Positions 10,291-19,839 of a DNA stretch of 64,000 bases are shown one piece after another (the first letter of the stretch is position 1; each line of letters starts with the position of its first letter). The notes under the pieces are model-generated. The model was not told the DNA's origin, searched no databases, and saw only the letters and a program-made list of their open reading frames with translations. Origin of the DNA: Ignavibacteria bacterium (GTDB lineage Bacteria; Bacteroidota; Ignavibacteria; Tepidaquicellales; OLB5); assembly GCA_030835025.1 (NCBI GenBank), contig JAUQWS010000023.1, positions 150,458 through 214,457 on the forward strand. Reading direction: 5' to 3'. The position numbers and the translations under genes were made by a program.

Positions 10291-11517
10291 ATGAACATAT
10301 GTATATTTGAGGATTTTTTTATTACCCGCCTAGCCCCTGTTAACCTCTTAAGGCATACATCAAAGATCATTTGCGGTGAATCCACACTTTACGAAAAAAT
10401 AACAGAAAACATACCGGGTAAGCATAAAGTAATGCTTCACTCGCGTAATTACATTGCCGCATATTGCAGGGAAAAATTCCCGGGTACTGCAGTAAACGAG
10501 CTGTATGACGGCGCGTTCATATTCCTTAATGCAAGAGTCGTTTTCAATGACAGGAAACTGAAAGATATTTTCAAACATTTCAGGAAAAAAAATAACGACG
10601 CACTTGTTCAGGATAACACTATTATTGCATTCCACACCACGGAAGATAAAACAAAGCTATATAAAGAAGTAATTAACAATACTGACGGAAATCTTGTTTC
10701 ACTTGCTGATATTGACTGGCTGGGTTTAACAAGAACCGAAACTAGCAGTTATACTGTGATAAACTACCCCTCTGATCTGATACTCCATCATGAAAAAGAA
10801 CTGAAGCATGATCTGGAGCAAATGATGGGTAAGAAGAAGCTGCATGTTTCATCTAAATCCAAAGTGGGTAAGAATGTTGTGTTTGATACGAGCGAAGGAA
10901 GAATTTACGTTGGCAAAAACACGGTAATTGAGCCGTTTACATATATTAAAGGACCTGTTTACGTTGGAGAAAACTGCGCACTCCGCTCCGGTACGCAGTT
11001 GTACGGACCTGTCAGAATAGGCAATAAATGCAAGGTATCGGGTGAAATAACAAGCTCCATACTGCACTGGTACGTAAACAAGCAGCATTACGGATTCCTG
11101 GGGCATTCATATCTGTGTGAATGGGTTAACCTGGGAGCCGGGACGACAACCAGCAACCTGAAAAACAATTATTCCATGATCGAGCTGAATATAGAGGGCG
11201 AGAAAGTAAATACTGATTCGATGTTTCTCGGAAGTATTATTGGTGACCATACTAAGACAGGCATCTGCACTATGCTTAATACGGGTTCGCTTGTTGGAGT
11301 ATCTTCAAATCTGTACGGTTCCGGATATCACAACAAACAAGTCCCTTCATTCAGCTGGGCAGATTCATCAGCCGGCGAGAGCAAGGTGTATGATATCGAA
11401 AAAGCACTGAATACTGCGAAGGTCTCAATGAAAAGAAGAAATGTTGAAATGTCCGAAGCTTATGAAGCAATGTTCAGGGAAGCATTTGAACAGAAAGATG
11501 AATCGCCAAAACTATGA
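10291..11517 (+). CDS. putative sugar nucleotidyltransferase (GlmU-like N-domain plus a left-handed beta-helix of hexapeptide repeats)
   Basis: 408 aa. The N-terminus is MNICIFEDF..L.PVNLLR. The C-terminal half has an imperfect hexapeptide-repeat periodicity (VGKNVVFDTSEGRIYVGKNTVIEPFTYIKGPVYVGENCALRSGTQLYGPVRIGNKCKVSG). Confidence 0.65.
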   Translation: MNICIFEDFFITRLAPVNLLRHTSKIICGESTLYEKITENIPGKHKVMLHSRNYIAAYCREKFPGTAVNELYDGAFIFLNARVVFNDRKLKDIFKHFRKKNNDALVQDNTIIAFHTTEDKTKLYKEVINNTDGNLVSLADIDWLGLTRTETSSYTVINYPSDLILHHEKELKHDLEQMMGKKKLHVSSKSKVGKNVVFDTSEGRIYVGKNTVIEPFTYIKGPVYVGENCALRSGTQLYGPVRIGNKCKVSGEITSSILHWYVNKQHYGFLGHSYLCEWVNLGAGTTTSNLKNNYSMIELNIEGEKVNTDSMFLGSIIGDHTKTGICTMLNTGSLVGVSSNLYGSGYHNKQVPSFSWADSSAGESKVYDIEKALNTAKVSMKRRNVEMSEAYEAMFREAFEQKDESPKL

Positions 11518-11978
11518 AGATATCGGGCAAAACAAAAAGCATCATGAGCGACCTTAATGAATATTCAGGCGGCAAGATAAAGAACGAAAATGACCTGCTT
11601 GCATTAATTGAGCTTGCTGCAAGTTCAGATAAGGAAAAGTTATTTTATGATATACAATTTTCTGCCAAATATCTGAACGGACTGGGGAAAATACTGCAAA
11701 GCAACGTTTCACTTGCATCAAATAAGAAGCCGGGTTCAAACGGCGGACCCGCACCGAATGCCGAAGAAGCACGCGAAAAAGTGATGAAGGAATATAAGGA
11801 TAATATGATGAAGTTCACCAATTATCTGAAGGATTTGCTGCTTGATGCTGATGCTGAGACAAGATCGATTTTTGATGAAAAGTACCTTGCATTGAACCGT
11901 ACATCGCTTACAAACCTCACCACTCTTATATATGACCTAAGCTGGCTGAAGAGATATTATAACAGTAAAAGAGTGTAA
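11514..11978 (+). CDS. hypothetical protein, translationally coupled to the preceding gene
   Basis: 154-aa ORF whose start overlaps the upstream stop (ATGA). I recognise no family. Confidence 0.5.
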   Translation: MKISGKTKSIMSDLNEYSGGKIKNENDLLALIELAASSDKEKLFYDIQFSAKYLNGLGKILQSNVSLASNKKPGSNGGPAPNAEEAREKVMKEYKDNMMKFTNYLKDLLLDADAETRSIFDEKYLALNRTSLTNLTTLIYDLSWLKRYYNSKRV

Positions 11979-12113
11979 CTTTCTTAACCGTCAGATCCTC
12001 AGATCTTTCGACGGCCCAACTTCAAAACTTCATGGTTTGGATTCTTCTCTCACTTCGTTCGTTCAGAACGACATGTCACTCCGAATTGAATAGAAATCCC
12101 GTTTTTTAAGACG

Positions 12114-12121
12114 TATTTTTG
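12114..12121 (+). promoter_or_regulatory. candidate -7 promoter box (TATTTTTG)
   Basis: TAnnTTTG match 51 nt upstream of the 12172 start. Confidence 0.35.
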
Positions 12122-12171
12122 TATGTTATGACACCATTACACTTCATTTTAAGAACATATTTATCAATACT

Positions 12172-12657
12172 ATGAACGAATCCATATTAACGGGAATACA
12201 GGCTATTCAGGCTATTTTGGCACCCGCTTTGGGAATTTCTGCAACAGCGCTCTTACTTTTGAACATGCATAACCGCTATTCAAACACAATTAACAGAATA
12301 AGGCTCCTGAACGAAGAGAGAAGAAGGTACCACATAAAAGTCTCTAAGAACGAAGAGCCGAATACATACGAGCAGTTCCGCTATTCAAGCATCGAAAGTC
12401 AGATAAGCATGTTATCGGATAGATGCAAAGAGCTCAGGAATGCAATACTCTATATTATGAGCTCGATCCTTCTGTTCGTAATTACTTCGCTTCTTATCGG
12501 AGTGAATATTTTCTTCACATCAAAATTCCTTATCATTGCTCCGCTTGTAGTTTTTTCGATCGGGATGATCCTTGTACTTATTGGAATAGTATATTCTGCG
12601 AAGGATGTGGTTAATTCCTTTAAGGTTACACAGATCGAAGTGAAGGGCGAAATCTGA
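12172..12657 (+). CDS. DUF2721-like membrane protein
   Basis: 161 aa with an N-terminal TM (ILAPALGISATALLLLNMHNRYSNTINRIRLLNEE) and two C-terminal TM helices. The family call is from memory of the motif. Confidence 0.5.
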   Translation: MNESILTGIQAIQAILAPALGISATALLLLNMHNRYSNTINRIRLLNEERRRYHIKVSKNEEPNTYEQFRYSSIESQISMLSDRCKELRNAILYIMSSILLFVITSLLIGVNIFFTSKFLIIAPLVVFSIGMILVLIGIVYSAKDVVNSFKVTQIEVKGEI

Positions 12658-12680
12658 TCCGGCTACAGCTCACAATTAAG

Positions 12681-12711
12681 AAAAAAAAGGCTATCCGAAC
12701 GGATAGCCTTT
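12681..12711 (-). terminator. rho-independent terminator of the exbB-exbD-exbD unit
   Basis: The reverse strand reads AAGGCTATCC-GTTC-GGATAGCCTT followed by TTTTTTTT. Confidence 0.75.
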
Positions 12712-12770
12712 AACTCAATGAAACGATCTGTTTTTTTGCTGCTGTTAATATTACATAACAGCGTGAATAA

Positions 12771-13298
12771 TTAACCGCCTATGACTTCCAGAACCTTGTA
12801 ATCAGGTTCTTCCATCTTACTGAAACTGTATCGCTTTTCAATAGCCGCACGGTTTATCTCGTCCAGCACGCTTATCATCAGGTCATACTTGGCTTTGCGG
12901 TGGAACTTCAAGATCATTATCATATCCTTATTTGCAGTTCCCCAGCCTTCAAGGTACTGATTGAGCTGCTGAAGGTTTACCTTTATAGGCTGTTCTTCAG
13001 TGCCATCGGATTTACCTTTGGAAAGCCCTATGTTGCCTTTTTCTGATACACGTACAAAAACAACGTTACCCATATCAACTTTAACCTTTTCAGTCTCATC
13101 GCCTTTTGGCAGGTTTATCTGCATAACCTGCGGCTGGTTAAGAGTTGATGTCATGATGAAAAACGTCAGCAGAAGCATGATAACATCCACGTAGGGCGTC
13201 ATATCGATATGGAACCCTAAGCGCTTCCTCTGCTGCCATTTATTTTTTTTGCGGCCTCGTTTTTCGCTTCCGCTATCGGCTTGTTCAACACTTGCCAT
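12771..13298 (-). CDS. exbD: biopolymer transport protein ExbD/TolR
   Basis: 175 aa. It has the IDMTPYVDVIMLLLTFFIMTST signature TM. Confidence 0.85.
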   Translation of the reverse strand: MASVEQADSGSEKRGRKKNKWQQRKRLGFHIDMTPYVDVIMLLLTFFIMTSTLNQPQVMQINLPKGDETEKVKVDMGNVVFVRVSEKGNIGLSKGKSDGTEEQPIKVNLQQLNQYLEGWGTANKDMIMILKFHRKAKYDLMISVLDEINRAAIEKRYSFSKMEEPDYKVLEVIGG

Positions 13299-13375
13299 TA
13301 TGAATTTCTCCTAAGACTTATATTTTCAAGAACACAAACTGTAATGATCGCGGGCAATCCCGCAGTTAAAACAGT

Positions 13376-13966
13376 CTATTTGTTTTCCTTCTTTTCATCT
13401 GTTTCCAGGTCGGTAACAAATGCAAAGCGGGTATTTTTGGTTTCTTTCAGAATTTCCATCAGGTCCTGCACTGCACCAATTTCAGCTTCCTTATCACCCT
13501 TTACGACAATACGAAGGTCTTTGCCTACGTTGCTTTTGGAAGAGAGCCTGAAATCAATAAGCAACTTCTTGAACTTTTCCCTGTCGCTGAATGCAACTAT
13601 GGGGCGCTTAAGCTCGCCTTTATCATTCAGGTTTGCAGGATTATTCCACCCCGGCTGGGTTGTACTATCCGGATGGTAGGCTGCGAGTCCAATAGGATCG
13701 CCAAGAACGTCTTCTCTTACCTTTATGTTATCAACATCTGCAAATATATCGCCAAAGCGGTTGATAACTAGGGTCATTACATTCCTTTCAGGCAGTTTGG
13801 TAGTATCATTACCCGAGTTAGGCAGTTTTACCTGAATATCTTCGGTAAGCTGTGCCTTGAACTGCGCCGTTAAGATAAAGAATGTTAAGATCAGCATTAT
13901 CACGTCAACATACGGCGTCATATCTATGGCTTGTGCGGGTTTTCTGCGTTTTTTGACTGCTGGCAT
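13376..13966 (-). CDS. exbD: biopolymer transport protein ExbD/TolR (second copy)
   Basis: 196 aa. It has the IDMTPYVDVIMLILTFFILTAQF signature TM. Confidence 0.85.
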   Translation of the reverse strand: MPAVKKRRKPAQAIDMTPYVDVIMLILTFFILTAQFKAQLTEDIQVKLPNSGNDTTKLPERNVMTLVINRFGDIFADVDNIKVREDVLGDPIGLAAYHPDSTTQPGWNNPANLNDKGELKRPIVAFSDREKFKKLLIDFRLSSKSNVGKDLRIVVKGDKEAEIGAVQDLMEILKETKNTRFAFVTDLETDEKKENK

Positions 13967-14024
13967 ATCTTTTATTTCTTATACTGAATTTTCAATAAAT
14001 AGTTTCTTCTACAGGTAAAATGCC

Positions 14025-14801
14025 TTACTTGGATTTTACAGTCAAAATCTGCATTACGTTATATGTTGCTTCATCTATCATGTAAGTAAAGTTGCTTACT
14101 CTTGTAGAGAAGTAATTATATCCGATAATTGCAACAATTGCACCGAAGATACCGAAAGCAGTATTTATAAGCGCTTCGGAAATACCGGTTGAAAGCTCTG
14201 TTGCATTAGGAGTACCTGCAGTAGCAAGCGCCTGAAACGAACGTATCATACCAAGAACCGTTCCGAACAGTCCAACAAGCACCGATATTGATGCAATAGT
14301 TGAAAGTGCTACAAGATTTCTTTCAAGAAGAGGAACTTCAAGCATCATAGCTTCTTCTATAGCCCTCTGGACTTCGGCCATTTTCTTTTCGCCGTCAATC
14401 GGGTCACCCTTAACGACATTGTATCTTTCAAGTGCAAGCCTCAGCACATTGGCAAGCGAGCCCTTCTGCTTATTGCACTCTGCAATCGCTCCATCTATGT
14501 CATTATCCATAACAAGTGTTTGAACTTTCTTAACAAAAGGTTCAATTGCTCCGCGTCCCTTGGCTTTGCCAAGCGAAAGCTGGCGCTCGATAACGAATGT
14601 GATAACCATTATGCTGATTGTCATAAGCGCAACCACAACGGGCCCGCCTTTGTAGATCTGTCCAAAAACATTAACAGGTGTACCTGCATGAGTATCTCCG
14701 CCCTTGAAGTTATTGGGGCTGCCGAATACGAACATAAAGATCAATAACGATACGACAAACGCTATAACAAGGACTACAGTGATAAAAACAGATTGTTTCA
14801 T
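14025..14801 (-). CDS. exbB: MotA/TolQ/ExbB proton-channel protein
   Basis: 258 aa with three TM helices. It has the conserved LVGLFGTVLGMIRSF and ALINTAFGIFGAIVAI segments. Confidence 0.85.
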   Translation of the reverse strand: MKQSVFITVVLVIAFVVSLLIFMFVFGSPNNFKGGDTHAGTPVNVFGQIYKGGPVVVALMTISIMVITFVIERQLSLGKAKGRGAIEPFVKKVQTLVMDNDIDGAIAECNKQKGSLANVLRLALERYNVVKGDPIDGEKKMAEVQRAIEEAMMLEVPLLERNLVALSTIASISVLVGLFGTVLGMIRSFQALATAGTPNATELSTGISEALINTAFGIFGAIVAIIGYNYFSTRVSNFTYMIDEATYNVMQILTVKSK

Positions 14802-14851
14802 AGTTAAGTTATTCCTCCAATGAATTATTGAGTTTCTTTAGTATTAATATA

Positions 14852-15205
14852 TTAATCAGAAAAACTTGCTACAGCTTCAATTTCGGAAGGGTATGTATCA
14901 AAAATGAGACTGAGCTTTGTTATTACGAATAAGTTTTCAAGATTCTTGTTCAACTGGCAAAGTTTTACCTTGCCGCCCCTTTTTGTAAAATTTGCGTGCG
15001 CAGATATCAGCACACCAAGAGCCGAGCTGTTTAAGTAAGATACTTCTCCGAGATCGATAACCATTTTCAGGTTCCCGGCATCGGCAAGTTTCTTAATGGT
15101 ATTTTGAAGTTCATCTGTTTCATCGCCTCCAACAAAATTCCCCTTGCAATGCAAAACCGAGATCCTGCCATCCTGCAGTGATGTCTCTTTAACGTGTGAA
15201 CTCAT
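14852..15205 (-). CDS. STAS-domain protein (anti-sigma-factor antagonist-like)
   Basis: 117 aa with the SpoIIAA-like pattern MVIDLGEVSYLNSSALGVLISAH. Confidence 0.75.
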   Translation of the reverse strand: MSSHVKETSLQDGRISVLHCKGNFVGGDETDELQNTIKKLADAGNLKMVIDLGEVSYLNSSALGVLISAHANFTKRGGKVKLCQLNKNLENLFVITKLSLIFDTYPSEIEAVASFSD

Positions 15206-15384
15206 ATTAGATTATTATTGTAAATATTATAAAAATTGTGGAATGTGTATGGCAAAGATAAACCGTTTTTTCCTTATTTGCAATCAAATATTGCTGTTTA
15301 TTACGTAATTTTAAAGAGAATAATAGTCCCCTAAAAGAAAATTAATCTCAATTATACGCTTTAAATGCAATCAAAAACGGACTA

Positions 15385-15936
15385 TTATTTACCCAGAACT
15401 TCCAGTATTCTGGAGTTGATCTCATTTACAGTCCCGATACCGTAAATATCAAAAACAGCCGTATTCTGCTTATAATGCTCCCTCACGGGTGCAGTTTGCT
15501 CACAATAGACTTTGAGCCTGTTCTTGATCGTCTCTTCAGAATCATCTTTCCTTCCGCGGCCAAGCATTCTGCGAATAAGTTCGTTGTCATCAAGTGTGAT
15601 ATTGATCACTTTTAATCCGTCGTAACCAAGTGATTCCATTATCTTATCTAACTGCACAGCCTGCTGTAATGTTCTCGGGAATCCGTCAAGAATGAATCCT
15701 TTCCGTGCGTCTTCGGCAGATATCGCTTCTTTGATAATGCCTATCATTATATCATCGGAAACCAGATTGCCGGCGTCCATTACTTCCTTGGCTTTTAGAC
15801 CCAGCTCTGTGCCTTCAGTGACAGCCTTCCTTAAAATCTCTCCGGTTGAAAGATGTTTTAACCCAAGCTTTTCTGCAACAAGCACAGATTGCGTTCCTTT
15901 GCCCGCACCGGGAGGACCCAGAATTATCAAATACAT
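15385..15936 (-). CDS. adk: adenylate kinase
   Basis: It has the P-loop ILGPPGAGKGTQ. The ORF-track start (16020) adds 28 non-homologous residues. The ATG at 15936 (MYLIILGPPGAGKG) is the likely start. Confidence 0.9.
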   Translation of the reverse strand: MYLIILGPPGAGKGTQSVLVAEKLGLKHLSTGEILRKAVTEGTELGLKAKEVMDAGNLVSDDIMIGIIKEAISAEDARKGFILDGFPRTLQQAVQLDKIMESLGYDGLKVINITLDDNELIRRMLGRGRKDDSEETIKNRLKVYCEQTAPVREHYKQNTAVFDIYGIGTVNEINSRILEVLGK

Positions 15937-16190
15937 GGAATTATAATTTAGTAAATTGCTGTTAAGATTAAAGATAAATTTAATTAAAAAAAGATTAAAA
16001 GAAACTGTTGAAAATCCCAATATTCAATTAATGACTTTCAAAAATAGATTTTTTTGAATAGGACTTCATTTACCATCAGTTGAATACAAATTGATCTTTG
16101 AAAATTTTTAATTCAATACTATGCATTGAATATTATAATGCCGATAAGTAAATTGACAGACTTTTTAACTAAATTCTACGGGAATCATTC

Positions 16191-16784
16191 ATGAAAACCA
16201 AGCTCATAACCTTCATAGCCATCGCAGTATTCTGGGGCACGGCAGTGTTTTTGCCATCATGCGGCAAGAAAGACGACACTTCAACAATAACCCAGGACAC
16301 TTCAAAAACAACACAGCAAACAAATCAGCAGCAAACTCAGCAGCAAACCACGCAGACCACTGAAAAGAAGGACAGCGCAAAAGTTGACGATAAGAAAAAG
16401 GAAGAGGACAAAAAGAAAGAGGAAGATAAGAAAAAAGAAGAAGAGAAAAAGAAAGAAGAAGAAAAGAAGAAAAAGGAAGAAGAAAAGAAGAAAGAAGAAG
16501 AGACTAAAAAGACTGAATCTAACGGAGTTGATTTCTCGGCTATCTGGCCGAAGAAATGCGCCAAGTGCCACGGCAAAGACGGCAAGGGAAAGGTTGAGGG
16601 AGTCCCCAATCTGACCGTTCCACCGACAGTTGACAAAAGTTACGAGAAACTTGTTGAAACTATAACGAACGGCAAAAAAGGCAAGACAGATGATGACGAA
16701 GACATGCCAAGCTTCAAGGGCAAACTGACTGAAGAGGAGATAAGAGCAGCAGCAAAATACGTTCAGAAACTGGGCGGTTATTGA
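16191..16784 (+). CDS. lipoprotein with a C-terminal mono-heme class I cytochrome c domain and a Q-rich plus K/E-rich linker
   Basis: It has a signal peptide plus lipobox (FLPSCG) and a single CAKCH heme motif followed by ...DMPSF. A ~42-aa (D/E)KKKEE repeat linker separates them. Confidence 0.75.
   Translation: MKTKLITFIAIAVFWGTAVFLPSCGKKDDTSTITQDTSKTTQQTNQQQTQQQTTQTTEKKDSAKVDDKKKEEDKKKEEDKKKEEEKKKEEEKKKKEEEKKKEEETKKTESNGVDFSAIWPKKCAKCHGKDGKGKVEGVPNLTVPPTVDKSYEKLVETITNGKKGKTDDDEDMPSFKGKLTEEEIRAAAKYVQKLGGY
16386..16511 (+). repeat. polypurine tract / K-E coding low-complexity repeat
   Basis: About 125 nt are almost exclusively A/G on the + strand and encode DDKKKEEDKKKEEDKKKEEEKKKEEEKKKKEEEKKKEEETKK. 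Confidence 0.9.
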
Positions 16785-16890
16785 TGTGGTTTTTAAACAG
16801 ATATTAAGATAATTTATTCATATTAATGGTCCTGCATTTCTATCCCGGAATTGATACGGGGCAGATGGCCAAAAACCGGAGAAAAATATT

Positions 16891-17568
16891 ATGATGACAA
16901 AAGAGCAGCTTGTTAAAGAATTAGACAGAATCCTTGAAGAAAAAAGCATATTAAAGCACCCGTTCTACCAGAAATGGAATGAAGGGAAGCTTACTATTGG
17001 CGAATTACAGGATTACGCAAAGCAGTATTACCATTTTGTAAAACATTTCCCGATGTTCGTAAGCTCGGTTCACTCATACTGCACAGATCCTGATGTGCGC
17101 AGAATGCTTGTAGAGAATATTGCCGATGAAGACGGTTACAAAACAGGTATCAGCGACCACCCGACCTTGTGGATGAACTTCGCAAATTCACTTGGTGTAA
17201 GCACCGAAGATGCTGAAAGCGTTGAAGTGGCAGATAAAGTGAAAAGGTCAATTGAGGGATTCTATAAGCTTTGCCGCTCAAATGATTTCAAGACCGGGCT
17301 TGCCGCTTTATACGGATATGAGAAACAGATCCCTGAAGTATCACAGGTCAAAATTGACGGGCTGAAGAAGTTTTATAATATAGATTCCGAAAAAGCACTT
17401 GAATTTTTTGCTGTTCACCATGAGGCTGATATTTACCACAGCAAGTCAGAGCTTGACGCTCTGCTTGCCTCATGTAAAACCGAAGCCGAACAGAAGAATA
17501 TTCTGGCGACTGTCGAAAAATCCGCCGGCTTGTACTGGCAGATGCTTGACGCAGTTTATGTGAACTAA
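16891..17568 (+). CDS. CADD-family heme-oxygenase-like dimetal oxidase (PqqC/TenA fold)
   Basis: 225 aa. HPFYQKWNEGKLTIGELQDYAKQYYHFVKHFPMFVSSVHS...ENIADED...HHEADIYH closely parallels Chlamydia CADD (CT610) as I remember it. Confidence 0.75.
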   Translation: MMTKEQLVKELDRILEEKSILKHPFYQKWNEGKLTIGELQDYAKQYYHFVKHFPMFVSSVHSYCTDPDVRRMLVENIADEDGYKTGISDHPTLWMNFANSLGVSTEDAESVEVADKVKRSIEGFYKLCRSNDFKTGLAALYGYEKQIPEVSQVKIDGLKKFYNIDSEKALEFFAVHHEADIYHSKSELDALLASCKTEAEQKNILATVEKSAGLYWQMLDAVYVN

Positions 17569-17594
17569 GGGATAATTCTTAATGTATAGTTGAT

Positions 17595-17623
17595 AAAAGG
17601 CGGCCGCAAGGTCGCCTTTTTTT
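17595..17623 (+). terminator. rho-independent terminator
   Basis: AAAAGGCGGCC-GCAA-GGTCGCCTTTT hairpin with a T-run. Confidence 0.8.
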
Positions 17624-17687
17624 ATGGGATTCGGACTCATCCAAAAATTACTTTTAATTAAGTAAAATCTGGCTATATTTGTAGGTT

Positions 17688-19826
17688 TTGCAGAAAAAGC
17701 TTACATATATACTTGGATTCATTGCGGCAGTTATAGCTTTCAGTGTATACCTTATGACGCTTGCTCCGACAGTGTGGTTTATTGATAGCGGCGAGCTTTC
17801 AGCAGTCGCTTCCACATTGGGTATTGCCCACCCGACCGGCTATCCCCTGTTCACAATAATTGGACATGTATTCACACTTCTGCCGATTTCTTCCAGCGAG
17901 GTTTACAATCTTAACGTAATGAGTGCATTTTTCTGCTCTCTGGGAGTGATGATGTTCTTCATCTTTTTAAAATTCCTGCTTTCGAGGCATGAGAGTATTA
18001 CGGCAATTGAAAAGCAAAGGAAGCAGATCCCGCAGAAATCCCAGAAGAATTCAACCGTACAAAAGGATTTAACAACAAAAGAAAAGTCTGCCGCTCTGCC
18101 GGATTTGATTGCCTATGGTATAGCTGGATTTGCCGCACTTGTTCTTGCATTCTCCAAAACATACTGGAATTCCGCAAACTCAGTTGAAGTCTATCCCCTG
18201 CATGTTTTTTTCCTGATCTCGCTTATGTTTGTTTTCCTAAAGGCGACGATTGGGGCTAAACCAAATGCGGATGAAAGCAATTTTGTTTCGGCTAACAGGT
18301 ATTATTTAATTTTTGCATTTCTGCTCGGGCTTTCTTTCACTAATCACCTAACAACAATACTGCTTGCTCCTGCCTGCCTGACTTTGTTTTTTTATTCTAA
18401 TCTGTATAACAAAAAGCGGCTATACCGGCTCCTGGTTTATATGGCAGTTTGCTTTATGATAGGTTTTTCGGTTTATCTGTACTTGCCGATCAGAGCAAAT
18501 ATGGATCCGACATTCATATGGGGAAATCCGTATAATTTCGAAAGGTTCTTCTGGCACATTACCGGTAAACAATTTTCCGTCTGGATATTCAGCGCCAAGG
18601 GTTCGATACCCGCTTTTCTGATCCTGATGGGTACCACCGTGGGACTGAGTGTTTGGGGACTTGTTAAGCAAAGAACCATTAGCAAAAACCTTCATTTTAT
18701 TTTCTTCATATTAATTTGTGTATTAGGTTACCTGCTGATATCGGGCTCAAATCCGATCGTCCTTCAGCAGTTCAAAAAGTTCTCTGCCTCTTTGTTTACT
18801 GAGTTTGGCACTGCACTGGTTCTGCTTGCAATTCCCGGAGTGTTTTATTTATCCAAATTCAACCTCAGGCTATATTACTTCACACTGCTTGCTTTTTTCG
18901 GCTGCCTTTTTTACGCAATAAATTACGATATAAATGATATCTATTCATATTTCCTGTTATCATATATTATAATTGCCGTATGGATCAGCTTTGGAGGATT
19001 GTTTATATATGAGCAGTTAACTGAAATGTTGAAGAGTTCGTCTCAGAAAACAGCTTTTGCAATTATTATTATATTGATAAGCCTTGTAACTTTGAGTACC
19101 AATTATGAAGTGAATGATGAAAGCAAAAACCACTATGTTGAAGAGTTTACAATGAACATTTTCACAAATGCCGAACCAAACAGCATAATTATCTCATCAC
19201 AATGGGATTTCTGGGTATCAGCAAGCTGGTACTTCCATTTTGTCAAGAACATTAGGCCGGACATTGTTGTGATAGATAAAGAGCTTCTTCGCAGGAGCTG
19301 GTATTTCAAGTTCCTGGAGAACAATTACCCCGAAGTATACAATAATGCGAGGCCCGAAATTGAAAGGTTCCTCCCTGAGCTGTATAAGTTTGAGCACAAT
19401 ATACCTTACAATCAGCAGAGTATTATGAAGCTTTTTGAAGAAATGATGACTGCTTTTGTGAAAAATAATCCGAACAGAAGGTCATATACAACGTGGGAAA
19501 TTGAACAGAACAAGAACGAGCCTTTTGCTCAGGAATACACTCGCTTTCCTGATGGCTTATTGTTCAGGCTTGTACATAAGAGTGAAGTCTCAAATAATGT
19601 AATTACAGACCTGAAAACTTTTGATTTCAGGTTCACACCGGTAGGTCCAAAAGACTATTACCATGAAACTCTTATGCTTTCTTACAGTTTAATGCTTACA
19701 GCATCAGCAAATTACCTGCTTTCAATCGGCAAAAATGATGAAGCAAAGAAATATATCGAACTGGCACTGCTGGCAATGCCAAATTACCCGCAGGCTCTGG
19801 AACTGAAGCGAAAATATAACCTGTGA
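17688..19826 (+). CDS. DUF2723 (TMEM260-like, GT-C fold) polytopic membrane protein with a C-terminal TPR-like region
   Basis: 712 aa. The N-terminal motif is LMTLAPTVWFIDSGELSAVASTLGIAHPTGYPLF, followed by many TM helices. The start is TTG. Confidence 0.75.
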   Translation: MQKKLTYILGFIAAVIAFSVYLMTLAPTVWFIDSGELSAVASTLGIAHPTGYPLFTIIGHVFTLLPISSSEVYNLNVMSAFFCSLGVMMFFIFLKFLLSRHESITAIEKQRKQIPQKSQKNSTVQKDLTTKEKSAALPDLIAYGIAGFAALVLAFSKTYWNSANSVEVYPLHVFFLISLMFVFLKATIGAKPNADESNFVSANRYYLIFAFLLGLSFTNHLTTILLAPACLTLFFYSNLYNKKRLYRLLVYMAVCFMIGFSVYLYLPIRANMDPTFIWGNPYNFERFFWHITGKQFSVWIFSAKGSIPAFLILMGTTVGLSVWGLVKQRTISKNLHFIFFILICVLGYLLISGSNPIVLQQFKKFSASLFTEFGTALVLLAIPGVFYLSKFNLRLYYFTLLAFFGCLFYAINYDINDIYSYFLLSYIIIAVWISFGGLFIYEQLTEMLKSSSQKTAFAIIIILISLVTLSTNYEVNDESKNHYVEEFTMNIFTNAEPNSIIISSQWDFWVSASWYFHFVKNIRPDIVVIDKELLRRSWYFKFLENNYPEVYNNARPEIERFLPELYKFEHNIPYNQQSIMKLFEEMMTAFVKNNPNRRSYTTWEIEQNKNEPFAQEYTRFPDGLLFRLVHKSEVSNNVITDLKTFDFRFTPVGPKDYYHETLMLSYSLMLTASANYLLSIGKNDEAKKYIELALLAMPNYPQALELKRKYNL

Positions 19827-19839
19827 AAACACTCCCTAT

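Noticed and set aside
11979-12110. Imperfect hairpin CCGTCAGATC-CTCA-GATCT-TTC-GACGG and a segment (tctcacttcgttcgttcagaacgac) reminiscent of short dispersed intergenic repeats seen in other genomes.
   Set aside because: There is a single copy in this window, no T-run, and I cannot verify a repeat family without a genome-wide search.
15937-16020. N-terminal extensions implied by ORF-track starts for adk. The same issue affects purN (9742-9795), the NtrC-type regulator (35882-35920), the aminotransferase (45997-46059), the OMP (41622-41660) and lmo0937 (34256-34300).
   Set aside because: The extensions begin at non-ATG codons, lack homology to the families, and internal ATGs with GGAG-type ribosome-binding sites give canonical N-termini.
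16302-16636. Three overlapping ORFs (two minus-strand, one plus-strand) rich in F/L/S or K/R inside the cytochrome c lipoprotein gene.
   Set aside because: They are alternative-frame and antisense readings of the polypurine K/E linker. They have no independent start context or motif.
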